DNA of 64,000 nucleotides from Cycas panzhihuaensis (GCA_023213395.1 CM041465.1:180799741-180863740), one strand, 5' to 3'; counted from the first letter of the stretch, positions 40,256 through 54,800 are shown. Numbers and translations: made by a program. The notes: generated by a model from the sequence alone, not told the origin.

Positions 40256-42402
40256 ATTTCACATATCTAAATTTTTTTTCAGACTATTAGTTGAGGTTTT
40301 GAGTTGGTTTACTCACTTTTTCCTTGTGTTTTTTATCAAAACAGGGTTTTTTAGCTTATTTTTTCCTACAAAAAAGGGTGCTAAGCTATTCTCCAACCAT
40401 TTGAAGCTCTCAAACTAAATTTACTTGAAGTTTGAGGCCCCCTACAGGCTGTGGATCAATCTCTAGCTATTTTTAACCCTAAACCCCTACTTAGAAAGCA
40501 CAAAATTGCTCATGCGCTATTGCTAAAGGTTCTTGCTTACCTAAGAATTTTTGCACAGCTCTTAGAGGGCCCCACGAATATTCTACGAAGAAGAAATGAA
40601 GCTACAGACATCTGCACTGCTAATTTTTCATCACCTAGCTTAGGAGCCCTTCTAAAATCCCTTCTTCTTTATTCTCACTCCACATTAAGCATTAGCATGT
40701 AAACCTTCAAAGGAGCCATTGTCTAGGGTACACAAGCCTCCTTCAAAAATCTTATGGCAATCTAAGCTCTCTAGAGTACGCTGCACTCATTTGAAGCTCC
40801 ACAAGAGACGTGCGGGACAAGCGACCATGGAAATTTCAAACCTTTTTTTCAAAAATTTCTTTTGTTAAATTTTGTATTTTAATCTTAGGTTATGTCTATT
40901 AGAATATTCCTAGGATATTCCTCTTTACATAATCTCTTTTAGTCTAAAGTTTATATTAAGCCTTTTTTTTAAATCATTAAAAATCATTTTTCTAAATCAA
41001 TTTTAATGATTTTTTTAATTATATTTTTTAGTTTTCTAACTTTAGTAATTTCACTTTGAGTCAAATGACTTAATCAGGTTTCTTTTAGTAATTCTTCTCA
41101 TTAAAAAGTGATATTTTTTCCTACTTTTAAGCCCTTTTTTTGTCATTTAAAACTTTTTTTGGCTTAATTCTCTTAAGGAAAAAATCAATATTTCTTTACT
41201 TTTTGGAGTTAAAAATCTTCATTATACTTAGTGATCTCATTAAATCACTAATACTAAGTCATTCACTCATCTTTGGAGATTAAAATACTTGATTAAAGTG
41301 TTCATTAAGGCTTCCTGCATGGTGTCCTTATTGCTCAAAGTTGCAAAAAAAGTTAAATTTCAACCTTTGTTTTTTTAGCATTTTAAGCCTTATTTAATAC
41401 TTATTCCATATTTACAAGTGTTAAAAAGCTTTGTTAGAAGTGATTTTCAAGTGTAGTTACCTTGTCAAAGTGATCTTTATCACTATATCAACACTTTTCT
41501 TAAGGCACCTTGCATGGTGACCTATTTCCCTTGGTCACAAAAAGGGCTTAAAAAGGCTTGTTACTTAATAAAATCACTCATTTTGTTAATCGTTGGGACT
41601 ATTTTAAGGTCCCAACACTTGGTATTTGGCGTCTTCATTTTGAAAGCGATTTTCCTCTCTTCATTTACAGCATTAAAAGGAACCCACTTGTATTTTCGAC
41701 ACAAAGGCTTTGCTTATTTTCATTGAAAAACTTAGTAACTTTTTTCAAAGTGCTTATTTTCTCAAACCTTGTTCATTGTACTCGAGCACTTTTTTACTTG
41801 GATTTGATAGCACTACTTCACTCCATAAAGTGCTCTTGTAAAAAACTCAAAAGTGTTCATTTTGATGTGCTTAGTTACTTATTTTTAAAGCTCTTTTATA
41901 TAAACATTAATCAAGCATTTATATCATCCAAGTAAAATAAACCCTAAAGTACACTTTAATATTCTAAACAATGACTTTAAAATCGAGTAGGAGAGGCCCA
42001 AAAGAGGTTCAAATCTTGCTTCTAAAATAACATTAAGCTTGGTACATTCCCTAGGGGACCAACCAATCATATAATCAATGCACGACAATTAAGGTTACTT
42101 GAGGGAAAGGAGGTTCAAAAAGGGTGTTATTGGGGTTGTGAATCCCAAGGAAAACATGGTACGTCTATGCAAATCAACCTTACTTACCTTATCCTAGATC
42201 TAACTTTGCCAACTATTAGATCTCCTTAATAGATCAGGGTTGAACCAACTCTTTAGTCTAGTCATCCACCTCTTATCACTCCATTCAGTTGTTGAATCTT
42301 CTAGTGAGATCAGAACTGTTAGTTTCGTTAAAAGGTGGAACTCAAGCAATGAAAGTTTTGAGTTTCCAAATTATCTACTAACTTCAAGCCTTATAACTTC
42401 AA

Positions 42403-45400
42403 CATGGCTATAATTAATATATTAAATACACATACCATCAGATTAACAAGATAAGACAACTATAAAAAATAGAAAAGGAGCATACAAAACCTCTTGATAA
42501 TGAACGAAATTTTGGGTTATGTTTCTAGAAGAATACCTCGACCTATACCTAGTGTAAATAATGGTGTAATTATTTATCCTGATGCTACTACCTTGACCTA
42601 TACCTAGTGTAAATAATGGTGTAATTATTTATCTTGATGATGCTTGTGTTATTACTTGGGAAGCCAAAGATGAAATTGCTTTGGTATTCTTATATATAAT
42701 TATTGATGTATATATTAATCAGAATATTGTGTGTGCAAAAATGTTCAAGGAAGCATGGGATATTTTATCATCTTTGTATAAAAGGTAAGATGAAGCTCAT
42801 ATTTTGATGGTAAATGCTAAGTTGTATACTGTAAAATTTGTCAAGCCTATGTTAGCTTTTCTTTCCTCCATCAAAAAGGTATGTAATGAATTGAATACAT
42901 TAGGTAGTCCTACTTCCAGAGATGAGCTTGTAACTACAATTATCAAAGCATTGCCTAAGGACTGTAATAGATTTATTTCTTCCACTTCTTGAGATGGTTC
43001 ACTCAAAAGAATGCATTTCAATGAATTTGAAAGCTTGTTACTTCAAGAGGAGAAAATTTACATCAAGGACGATGATGACGAACCATTTATTTCAAGGGCA
43101 TTCATAGCCAAATCAAAGGCCAAGCAAAATCCTAAACCTACACTTTTAAATCAGTTTGGGAACATGAATATTGGTTCCTCAAAGACTAATGTTATTTGTC
43201 ATTATTATGGCAAAGTTGGCCCCATAGCCCGTGATTGTAGGAAGAAACAAACAAATCTCTAACACACATGATAGCAGCAACAACAACCACATTAGTAGCA
43301 TCAAAGAAAGTAACAGCCACATCAACAATTCCAATAGCAACAGTTTCAACAATAACAATAGCAACATCCTCCTCGACCAAATCAAGGTGCCTATCGAGGA
43401 GTTCAAAGAGGAAGGGGGGTTTTAGAGGTGGCAATCAATGCCACCTTAATCAGTTTGCAGATGAGGACAAGTTATTTTATGCTTATCATACATCCAAGGT
43501 TGATCAATCTTGGATCATTGACTCAGGGCTACACAACATATGACTGGGAGTGAAGAAGTCCTTTATGACATCAAGAAAGGAAAAGGTCAATCAGTGACCT
43601 TCAACAATAATGAATCAGTCAAGATTTTTAGCATAGGAATAATTTCCCCTTTCCATTCTTCTTCCAATTCTTCCTTCACATTTCCTAATGGCAATGTCTA
43701 TTTCATACCTTCCATGAAGAATATCTTGCTATCTGTTAGTAAATTAGATAAGCAACAAATGAGCATTTTGTTCAAGAATGGGAAATGTGTAATAAGTGAC
43801 AAAAATGACTAGGTAGTGGCTATTGGATATGAGGATCATGGCCTCTATAAGTTGGATGCTAAAAATATAATACTTGTTTCTGTTTATTTTAATTTTATTT
43901 TCACTCAATCTTTATCCAAGATATAACTTTGGCATCAATGTCTAAGCCACTTGAACTTAGACAATCTCAAGTAGATGGTGAATAAGAATATGATGTATGG
44001 GCTTCCAAAGATGTATAGCTCAAAATGTTTTTATGAAGCATGCATAATAGGGACACAACATCGCTTGCCCATTCCTAAAGGTAAAGTTTGGCATGCATCA
44101 TATCCTTTGCAATTGATACATTCAGATTTGTATGGACCTATGTTCACCACATCCTTTAGAGGAGCCTTGTATTATATCTCCTCCATTGATGATTTCTCCC
44201 ATAAAGTTTAGGTTTACTTCATCAAACAAACGTCTAAAGCATTTCAAAAGTTTAAGGAATTTAGGATTGAAGTGGAGAATAAGTCTGTCCAATCAATCAA
44301 AATACTAAGGATAGATAATGGAGGTGAATTCACTTTAAGGGAATTCACCCAATTCTCCAAGGATAACGACATTTGAAGGTAGCTTACCATTTCTCACACT
44401 CCTCAACAAAACAAAGTCTCTAAAATGATGAATAGAAATTTAGCTAACAAAGCCAAAGTAATGATGTATATAAAGGGACTCACTCAAGCTTACTGGATAG
44501 AGGCATTCCACATAGCTGCCTATGTGGCAAATCAAAGTCCAATATTAGCAGTCATTGATATCACACCAAAGAAGGCATAGTCTAGAAAAAAGCTAACTCC
44601 CAGCCATTTGAGGACTTTTAGGTGCACTACTTATATGCACATCCTCAATTAGCAAAGAACTAAGTTAGACAAACATAGTCTAAAATGCATCTTTGTAGGT
44701 TATGCCATTCATAGCAAAGCCTACAAGTTGTATGATCCCATTAGAAAGAAAATGCATCTCTTAAGAGATGTAATCTTTACTAAAGAAGATCACAAGGAGT
44801 TGGATACAGCATCCATCCAACATTTTATTGACAAAGGTAAAAAGCTTGTTGAGGCTTTCCTTCCCTCTCAATCTTCAACTACATGCACATCATCTGTGCT
44901 TGTTAGACTGTCCACATCATCAGAATCAACTCCACTTGATCCTAGTACATCTTCTGTTGATCAACCACTTAGACTAGAAGATCTTGAGGTTTAAATTACA
45001 TCAATTAAAAAGTTGCCCAAATGGTATACTCAAACTATGTAAGATGGTTAGATTGTTAAAGGAAAGCTTCCATCAAAATATAGGCAGCAAACTAATTTTT
45101 CACTTATGCATGAAGTGTTTTATGTCGATGAGCCTTCTACTTTTGAGAAGGCTTCTAAAAATGAAAATTGGAAGGCTACTATAGATGAAGAAATATATTC
45201 TATTGAAAAGAATGGAACTTGGAATTTGGTTGAATTGCCTAAACAAAAACAGGTAATCAGTTGCAAATGGTTCTACAAGACCAAATTCCATTCTAATTAT
45301 ACACTTAAGTGCCAGAAGGCTCACCTTGTTGCAAAAGGCTTTAAACAAAAGAAATGCATAGATTATGAGGAGATTTTTGCACCTATTACTAACATGAACA

Positions 45401-46645
45401 TCATAAGACTCATCTTGGTCTTAATAGCTTAATATAAATGGACAGCTTATTAGATGGTCGTGAAGAGTACCTTTCTCAATGGTGATCTTATAAAGGAGGT
45501 ATACTTTAAGCAACCTTCTGGTTACAAAGTATAAGGCAAGGAGCACTTAGTTTGTTGCCTAAAAAAGGCATTGCATGGTTTGAAATAAGCTCCAAGAGCA
45601 TGGTAATCAAAGATTGATGATTTTTTTTTTTGGCATGGGTATCATCAATCTACTTCAGATCCTAACTTATACATCAATTTTGGGAAACACCTTGCTATTT
45701 TCATTATCTTATATATGATGACCTGGTGATCACTGGCAATGATACTAAGATGGTATAGATTCTTTAAGATGACTTGAAGAAGAGTTTCAAGATGATAGAT
45801 CTTGGACTTCTCCATTATTTCTTAGGCTTTTCAGTATAACAACAACCAGGCTATATCTTCATTTCCCAAGTCAAATATTCTTGGGATATTTTATAGCAGT
45901 TCAGGATGCATGACTGTAAACTATTACCTACACCCATGGAGAATGCAATGAATCTTACTCTCAATGAGGAAGTTGAACTAGCACATCCCACTCTTTTTTT
46001 ACAGTTGATTGGAAGCCTTATCTATCTCACTAATACTTACCCTGACATATTATTTGCAATTGGGATTTGCTCTAGATGCATGTCTCAACCCACTCAGAAG
46101 CATTAAAATACAGCCAAACGCATACTCAAATACATCAAAGGCACATTGTAGCATGGCCTTGAGTATGCACATGATAAGAATTTTACTCTAGAAGGGTTCT
46201 CAGATTCTAGTTAGGCAGGTTGCTAGGATAGCAGGAGATTAGCCTCAGGTTATTGTTTTACCCTTAGTTCAGCAATTGTTTTATGGAATTGTAAGAAGCA
46301 ACCCAATGTTACCTTGTCCTCCACCGAAGCATAGTACAAAACTATAATTAGTACATCTTGTGAAACTATCTAGTTATGATGGATTCTTAAGGAGCTTAGA
46401 ATTTCGTAGGATCACCCCACCAGGATATATTGCGCCAATCAAAGTGTTCTCAAGTTGGCCAAGAATCCTATTTTTAATGCAAGGACCAAACACATTGAAG
46501 TCCATCATCATTTCATTAGAGAGCATGTGCAAAGCGGTGAGATCAACCTCTAGTATAGACCTACAAAGCAACATACAGTAGATATCTTTACCAAGCCACT
46601 TGGTAGAGAAAAATTTATAAAATTTAGAGATGGTCTAGGGGTCTG
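42403..46645 (+). pseudogene. copia gag-pol of H
   Basis: CHYYGKVGPIARDC knuckle; WIIDSG; LQLIHSDLYGP; DNGGEF; NGTWNLVELP; LIGSLIYLT; ARTKHIEVHHHF. Confidence 0.94.
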
Positions 46646-46672
46646 ACTTAATATTATAAATAGTAAGGGGGG

Positions 46673-47217
46673 TGTTAAACCTTATGTTTATATGTTAAGG
46701 CTATGTACTTTATTTTTTCATGTATTATTTATACTTTTGTACTTTAGAGATGACTTATCACTTAAGTAATAGAGTGCATACCCACATTCTTTCCTAGTGA
46801 CATAACATTATCACTAAAAGGCCAATGGATTCCCATGCAATTTTGTTTACTTGAGAGCCCAAAAGAATACATCTTTTATGCAAGGCATGTACCTTGTATG
46901 TTTGACACTTGTCAAACATCCAATGCCTTAGGTCTCTTCTTTCACTCTATATATTGAGACCTCTTCTCATGATTCTCATATAAAGTTAGAGTTATATTGT
47001 TATGCTGTTAGTTTGCTAATCAAACTACTATTCATTTAAAAGTTGGACCAATTCTAACTCCTTACATTTGGTATCATTTTGCTCTCTCTTTATGCTTTGA
47101 TCTTACTTATGTTTGATCTCATACTTTCATTATTAGTTCAGATTATTTGCTTTCTAGAACTAGAGTGAATATATCTCCTAGATCTTAGGTTTCAAAGGCC
47201 TTTTGGCCATTTCAACA
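46673..47217 (+). repeat. 3' LTR of copia H
   Basis: After PPT; ends CCATTTCAACA + TSD. Confidence 0.95.
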
Positions 47218-47757
47218 ATTGTAGAGGTTGTTATTACAAAAAAACTATAAATAAGAGGATCTAGATGGATTAAATATAGTAACAACTAATTTGGATTTTA
47301 GTCAAATACCTTTTGATCTCATCTACTCTAATCTATATTTGACATATTTTAGTTCTTACTTTAAGAATGGTTTCTACTCTATATCATGTGATGAAAAATC
47401 AAGACTACATTTGAATTTAAAGTATCCACTAAAAGTATTGATTGAAGTTTTTCTATATAGAAAGTGATATTGCTATTATCTACCAGTATTTAGGAAAAAA
47501 AGCATCTTACTTCATCATCGTATTTCAAATAACATATAGATATTTATGTGGAGGAGACGAAATCAACTAGGTTATAGGTCCATAAGGAGGAGTCTATATA
47601 TGAGTATGTTATTACTTTTTATAAAGTATGGGTTGATTAAGTTAGATCTCACCCATACTCAAATATTCATACCTTGTACATATTATATTAGGCGCTTTTA
47701 TTTTTAGAATTACTTTCTATCAACCTATTGGAGGCTAATAAAATCAATGAAGCTAGA

Positions 47758-50520
47758 TGTTACCTCCCATTTCTTAGCCCTTATACAAGATGGTGTGTAA
47801 AAAATAAAAACAATCAGTGACTTCAATGAAGGACGTAGAATTGATAAGTGAAGGGAGATCCATCAAATTTAGAAATTCTTAGCGATGTTAAAGATGTTAT
47901 AAGAGAAAGGCACCTAAGATTACTAAGAAAAAGTTAGAATCATTCATGACATATGCATGCAGGAAGACATCATACAAGAAACATTCTTATGGGAAATAGG
48001 CTAATATATGTAATTCTCATGGGTTGTTCTCCTTCAAATAGACTCTATTTTAAAGAATTATTCTACAAAATAAATAGTGATGTAGGAAACTATCATATAG
48101 AATGGTCTCTTACATGAAACTTTGATGCAAAAATAAGAGAAAAATAGGTAGTTCCCATGGATTATTCTTCCACATGAAGGTTCTTTTTATGACAACTTTT
48201 AGAAATAAACATTGATATGGGAAGGAGTCATGTGGGATGATCTTGTGCATGAAGAGTAAATGTGGAAAAGAGTCAGGGCCCCACCACATAACATAAGAGG
48301 ATCAATGGAATCAACATCAAAATGAAAGGACCATAATGCAAGATACCCTTATATAGGGTTTTATTTCTGTGTTTTGAAGATTCATAAAAGTAAACACCTA
48401 AAAACAAACTTCTATGTAGACATACAAAACATGAGAACATGGATGCAATCTAGGCCCTTAATCTAAAATGCATTTTTAATTTACAATCATTGATCTCCTA
48501 ATACCTACCATGATTAAATTTTGAAAGCTTGATTTGATGTTGTTTTTATGACTATGGTAATACTACCATTACAATTAATGTGATTATATGCCTAACATAT
48601 AAATAACAAGCACATGATTGTAAAAGTTACAAAATAATAGAGTAGTCATGATTATAGCATTAATCTACATTGCGCACCCCCATATTAACTTTATAATTAT
48701 AAAATAAGGATTTGGGATAAAGGTAAGTATACGACATGTGCAACCTATAAATTGAAGTATCAGGGATATGAATTGAATGGTCTAGTGGAAACATGATTTG
48801 CATATAAGTAATTAAGAAGATATCATGGTGGGAGAGCTTAAATAAATGTGATATATTCTAGATAACAAGATATATATAAGAAAATCCAATCATGCAATGT
48901 TTCGAGTCCTACATTATGCAAATAATCAATTGTGAAAATTTGACTTGAGTTGAGTTAGTACCTTACGTAAAGGAAATCCCTTATCTAAGATTGTAGCATA
49001 AAAATGCTCAACAATCTAATATAACAGAGTTGGATATAGGTGCATAGGAGGTGAGATTAAAAGTAAATTTCCATTCATATAAATATCCATAGATGAGAAT
49101 AACAAGTATCAAAGAGTTACACCTTCACTCATCTATCTTTCATCAATCAACATGTGACTAATTAGTTGAAGCAAGGTCAATATATATTATTTAAATTTTT
49201 GTATCTGTACAGAGGATGAAGGACTATACACATCATTAGCCAAACCCAATAGGTAACCAACCAATCTTTGCCATGATAATTATCTTAATGGTAGTACAAG
49301 GTCATTCTTAACTATGTCACAATGATCGAGACTACTTTAACGATAATATTTACAAAGTTGTCATAACAACAATGCCTATTTGCAGGGGAGTTTTATGCAA
49401 TAGTTACAACTAACCAATAATAATCTCATAATAGAGCAATTGTAAATGAGGTTCTGTAAAGAGCAATAGAAAAGGCTAGGGGAGAAAGGTTCTAGTTAAC
49501 ACTTGTTTCTAGAAAGAGCTTTACTTTCTCCCCTTCTTTGCTCTTCATTTATTTTCTTTCTCTTCTTCTTTCTTATTGATGTTTATTAGCACATACATCC
49601 TAAAAGAAATTATATTTTTAATAAGAGGGAATTTTACATGGAATGGACGTTTTGAATCTTAGAACACTTTGGCATGCACATTTTGTTATTGAAGATCCCA
49701 ATTCATCATTTTTTAATTAGTTTGTATTAATTAATTTTGTTGGGTAGTGCCCCTGCACTTAGACATTTTATTATATACAAGTTATCTTTACATTGAAATA
49801 CAGATTGTTTTGAGCAAAAATTATTTTCTTTAGTTCATTAAGCACACAATCTAATGTTTTGATGCAAACAAGTCATTTAGGGAATGAATATATGCATATG
49901 TCTCATAGATGTTATGTTTCTTATTGATGATACTTTTATGTTTTCTTCTAAGTCTAGTGTTAGGAGTTGTATGAATATATGTTAGATCTCTCCAATTGTA
50001 TTATGGCAATTAACTTTGGGCTATTAGGAAAGCACATGATTTACATTTTCAATGTTATATATTGGTGTAAACATGGGGATTTAGTAATATGTCAATGAGT
50101 GTGATTAAGAACTAGATCCCTCATTATCCTATTAGAGGTCTTTGACTATTGGTTTAACCCAGATAGATCAAGACATCAACCTAGTTGGTTTGGCAAGCAC
50201 ATACTAGGAAGAAGTTGAGCTCATTCCTCTTGAATCCCTTCTAGTTCCATTTTCTTTTCCTTCTTATTTTTCATCCTTATATTTTCCATTTTTATCTTTT
50301 CTTATATATTTTGAAAAATTTCATTCATGACTCTACTTAATGACCATTTACTTTCTAGCTTTATACATTATATATATTATGCATCATACATGCCAATCTA
50401 ATTGTGTTATAAATCCATACATTTTGTAGTTGCCTCTCTGTTGTTTATGCTTATTCATCAAACACATAGATCAAACCTTATTATAGCCAGTCCTTAGGGG
50501 TATAGTGATAGAGAGCAACA
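47758..50520 (+). repeat. 3' LTR of E (2763 bp, uninterrupted)
   Basis: TGTTACCTCCC..GAGAGCAACA; aligns with the three pieces of the 5' LTR. Confidence 0.88.
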
Positions 50521-50525
50521 CTTAT

Positions 50526-51171
50526 GCATGCCCTCATTTTGACTGTCCATTGTCCTCTACATCCTTCAATTGGCATTAGAGTTCATTGTTGATTTTATAT
50601 TTGTAGATATCATATCCACAATGCAGTTGTTATACATAGTTCAAAGCATCCAAAAAAGTTGAATGCAAAGTTAGCTCAATTTTTGCCTACAAAAGTTGAG
50701 CATAGCATTGGCACATAGAAAAATTGGTAGTCAAAGGTAGAAAATTTTATAGTCAAAATTCATCACAGAAGTTCATTGTGGGTAGAAGTTTATTAATTAG
50801 CATAAGGGCATTGCAGAAGAAGCTCATTGTAGAAGTTTGTTCATTCAAAGTTTGTCATATAAGTTTGTCAGAAGTTCATTGGAGTCATAAAAGATTGTCA
50901 TGGAAGAATGACATTCATTTGTCAATTGAAGAAGCTTATAGACCCATAAAAAATCAATGAAGACACATAAGCCATACACAATAGGGGATCATAAGGTAGA
51001 AAATATTAGAAATCAAAAGCTAGAAGTAATCAAAAGTCAATTCATAGAAAGGCATTTAGGCTAGGAATGACCTTGTAGAAATACACTATATATCTCCCTA
51101 ATTATAGCATTTGATAATTTATCACAAGGATTGATAAGTGATTTCAGTTTCTCCCTTCGAGTTTTATTACA
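50526..51171 (+). repeat. 5' LTR of J, second part (3' end approximate; PBS not recognisable)
   Basis: First ~50 nt align to 63005-63050; internal AGAAG.TCATTG repeats; TATA-like CTATATAT ~51086; ends ..TTATTACA. Confidence 0.65.
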
Positions 51172-51830
51172 TTTTTGCACTTTAGATTTGGTGGTTTGAA
51201 GTTTGAAGGTAGAAGTACGAATTTTTTTTTTTTTGCTACTCTCATTTTTTAATGACATGTCATTGACGTCTTGATCATATCCCCTTCATACAATATTAGA
51301 TTAAAGTGTCATTTATTTCATTGCAAAGAGGACTTAATTACCTTGAAAATAAGGGGTTTAAATTCTTTTTAAGAAGTTATGATTTGATAAAGTTGGTGAA
51401 ATAATTTTGGGTTGCTTTTTAGCTTAAAACATAAGATTACATTACCATTAAAATCTTGGTCATACGATGTTGATTTTAGAATTGTAAATTTCATTGGAAA
51501 GCTAGTTCAAATATCTAGATTGTGGAAGTTATTTTATGTTTCTTTTAAGTCATTTATATTAGTAAAAAGCTAGTCAAGCTTAAAAATTCTAGCTTCCTAT
51601 ATTAAGAATAAAAAAAAAAATTCACAAAAATTAGTTGTTGGATGCTTTCTACTCTAAACATCAATAAAATTTTAATTTTTATGGTGGTTGTGTAGTCTTA
51701 AGTATGGACAAATATCAAGTTGAAGTGGGATTACGTTATAATTGGTGTCTTTTTGGTCCCCTATTATGATTGGCATGTTTTTGTCTCATATTGTGCTTAA
51801 AGTCATATAATTTTTTGATGTGGTTAAATA

Positions 51831-54800
51831 TATTACATGACCACATACAACTAGCAGAACCAGGATACTAGCACTCATGATTAAGACACTAAGAGGTTAA
51901 TTACTAGTTATTAACTTTTGTATGCAAGTTGTTAAAGAAACCAATGAAATGTAAAGTCATTTGGCCCACCAATAAGATTGTAAGATCTCTTTTATCTATT
52001 TAAAAGCCATGAATTATAGAAAAATATTATTGTGTAATTATTTTCTCTTATGAGATTGATACTTTGGTACTCTATAGTTTTCTTTTGTGTCCATTAGAGC
52101 TCTTTTGGTGTACTTCACTTATGTAATTGATTCCCAATATTAATATAAATGTTGCATTTCTTGCTTATTTTCTATTGTCATTTTTGGTGTGTGAGTAAAA
52201 GTGGGAAAGTCACATTCTAATTGGTATCAAAGAAAGGCTCCAAATTTAGTGAGAGTGGCTAAGTAGATTAAGGAAAGCAAAAGAAAAATAGAAAAGTTCA
52301 CTTTCCCTTAGTAAATATCTCAAATCATCTTTTTTGTAAGTCAATCTTGTTACTCTATTTATTTTGTTTTCAAGAAGTTAGTTACAAATGGGCAACAAAA
52401 GTTGAGGTCAGGTTAGGTAGAGACCCTGTATTAGGGGTCTTTAAACATCATGGGGATTTGTCATTCTAGGTTAAGCATGCAAGGGTATACAACTATATAT
52501 AAAATGAAATAGATCACACCGTTTATACAAGCCTAAAAAAAACTCGACTATGGAATTGAGCCTCCACATACCTTCTAGTATATTGGAGGATGATTTTTAG
52601 GCTCCTTCACCTTACTAAGCATAGGAAAAATAGTCACACTTATCCTCTCTAGTGCACCAGGTAGTGGTTAGCACTGAGAAGTTACTCTTCATGAACACCC
52701 CAACATAGTTATCATGGCTATGGGTACATATTTCCTCCATAGTTGGTGTTTTGAGAGATTGGTCCAAGCGATAATAATGACTAGGAAGTTTATCGAGGGG
52801 CCTACAACACTAAGTAATCCTTGATTCTTAAGTCCTAGGCATTTCCTTACACAACCAAAAATTATTTAGACTATTGTACTTTTAAAATATTAAATTCAAA
52901 ATTTACTAAAATTGTCATACGTCTAAAATTACTTAGACTATTATATTTCCAAAAATAAATCCCTAAAGCCACTACATATCTAAATACACATGGGTTGTAC
53001 CTACAATAATAGTACCACCTAAAGATAATAGGATACAAGCACCATAGTCTGAATCTTAACAAGTAGCAATATAATAATAGTTTGCAAAGCACCATAGCTT
53101 GAATTATTCCTTTCCAAACTTTCAACTAAAATTTTAAATTTAGTAACTAGTTGAGTCCATCCCTTACTTTAAGTCCACTCTATATATTTTTAAAAAAAGG
53201 AGTTTGTAGGTTCACATTAGTGTATACTTCATTATTTTTTATAAAACATACATTGTTAAACTCATGATATGTATATATATATATATATATATTCATACAT
53301 CTTATTTTGATTAGCATGTTGCACTGATCATTTTGTACTAAGTTAGTTTGAACTGCCACTTTTGGTGAAAATCATCCAAATGGCCCCCATGGGCCCCACA
53401 TATAAAAATTTTAATTTAAATCTAACATATATAATTTTTAACAAGATGTTCATGCTTATTCCAATTCACTGAGTGATTTTCTTATCTATTTTCAAGATTA
53501 ACAATCAATAGACACCTTGAGCCCCCATCCTCCCTCTTTTTTTCTTCAAGTTATAATCGCCACTTCTATAAGCACATTTTATCTATCTAGCCTTGATTCG
53601 GTAAATCCCCTTCTACATTATTCATCCTATTTCCTTATATCCTCTTCTTCTTACTTATGTCCCGCTTCTTATAATTCCCTTCTATCTCCATGATGGCACC
53701 TCCATCTTAGGATAAATGTATTTTATGCATTAGAAACATAATTCTCGAAGTTTTAGAAAGAAGTAAAAGTCAATATATCTTTTCTTGCATCTAAGTTTGA
53801 CATCATTATAATATTGAACCAAATGGCATAGATAATAGTACAATCATCATAATCAAACTCTTAGTCTACAATGAACACATCTCGAGTATAGCAAACAAGT
53901 AACCATCCTCCACATGAGTCACAACTTCACCACAAGAATAATATTCATATTTTCGATCCATATCTAAATAGGGATAGTGCACATGCATGGATAAGTAAAC
54001 TTGAATCCTACTTTTCTCTTAACCCAATGACTGAAGAGGAACAACTAGCATTTGCATCTATTCATATGGAAGGTCAAGCACATCATTGGTTTTATTAGTG
54101 GCAATAAGAATACCTAACAAGTAAGACATGGACACATTTCTATACCTTTTTTTTACGAGTTTGAAGAAACTTGGAACTAATCATTTTTTAATAAGCTTAC
54201 AAGATTAAAACAGGTGTCACTGGTTGAAGCTTATATAGATAAATTCTAAAATTTACAAAAGTGTGTCACTCAAGGACTGGACAAGCAAACCTAGGTCGAC
54301 ACTCATATCATAGGCTTAAAAGACTGCATCCAAATGTCTCTAAAAACCTTGAAAATTTTAAATTGTAAAGATGTGATAAAAATGGCCAAAGCAATTTAGG
54401 TAGAATTTGCAATGGAAAGAACATATTTTCTCCAACAAGATTCTACATAGCACCAATGACCACTACAGGCTAAATTCCCATGACAATGACCTAGAGTAAA
54501 TAGCTCACAAAGACCTACTATAGAGTAGCCTTTAGAAGAACCCTTAACTAAGCCAATCTAAGTCCCACTAGCAAAGGCATACAAATGCATCACAACTAGC
54601 CTTTATATATAATGCTAAGAAAAGTGTAAACCCATGGATATGGTAAAGTTTGAAAATCCAAGAAAATGATCTTCATAATTAATCATAGCATGTCCTTGGA
54701 AGATGACTCTAATTCTAAATAAGAATTTTATGAATGACCTTATTTAGAACACCCCTTAACTCTAAAACTAGAAGTCTCTTATTTGTGGTAGCCTCATCTT

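Larger units (their letters stand above)
34434..47217 (+). mobile_element. Element H: full-length degenerate Ty1/copia nested in E, carrying copia I in its leader
   Basis: LTRs 34434-34983 / 46673-47217 with TG..CA; perfect TSD ATTGT; PBS TGGTATCAGAGC 34986-34997; PPT AAGGGGGG 46665-46672. Confidence 0.96.
24841..50520 (+). mobile_element. Element E: non-autonomous gag-only gypsy-type LTR element with ~2.76-kb LTRs, inserted in J's 5' LTR
   Basis: TG..CA termini; TSD CTTGT (24836-24840) / CTTAT (50521-50525); 5' LTR pieces 24841-25428, 29344-29811, 31836-32437 align to 3' LTR 47758-50520; eroded tRNA-Arg PBS TAATGACCTTACTAGGGA 32443-32460; gag but no pol. Confidence 0.88.

Noticed and set aside
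41514-41935. Possible env-like or extra ORFs in H's leader
   Set aside because: No recognisable motif; composition matches T-rich non-coding DNA.
43179-43543. Overlapping poly-L/N/T ORFs that look like membrane or secreted proteins
   Set aside because: Alternative frames of the CAA-rich gag linker of H.
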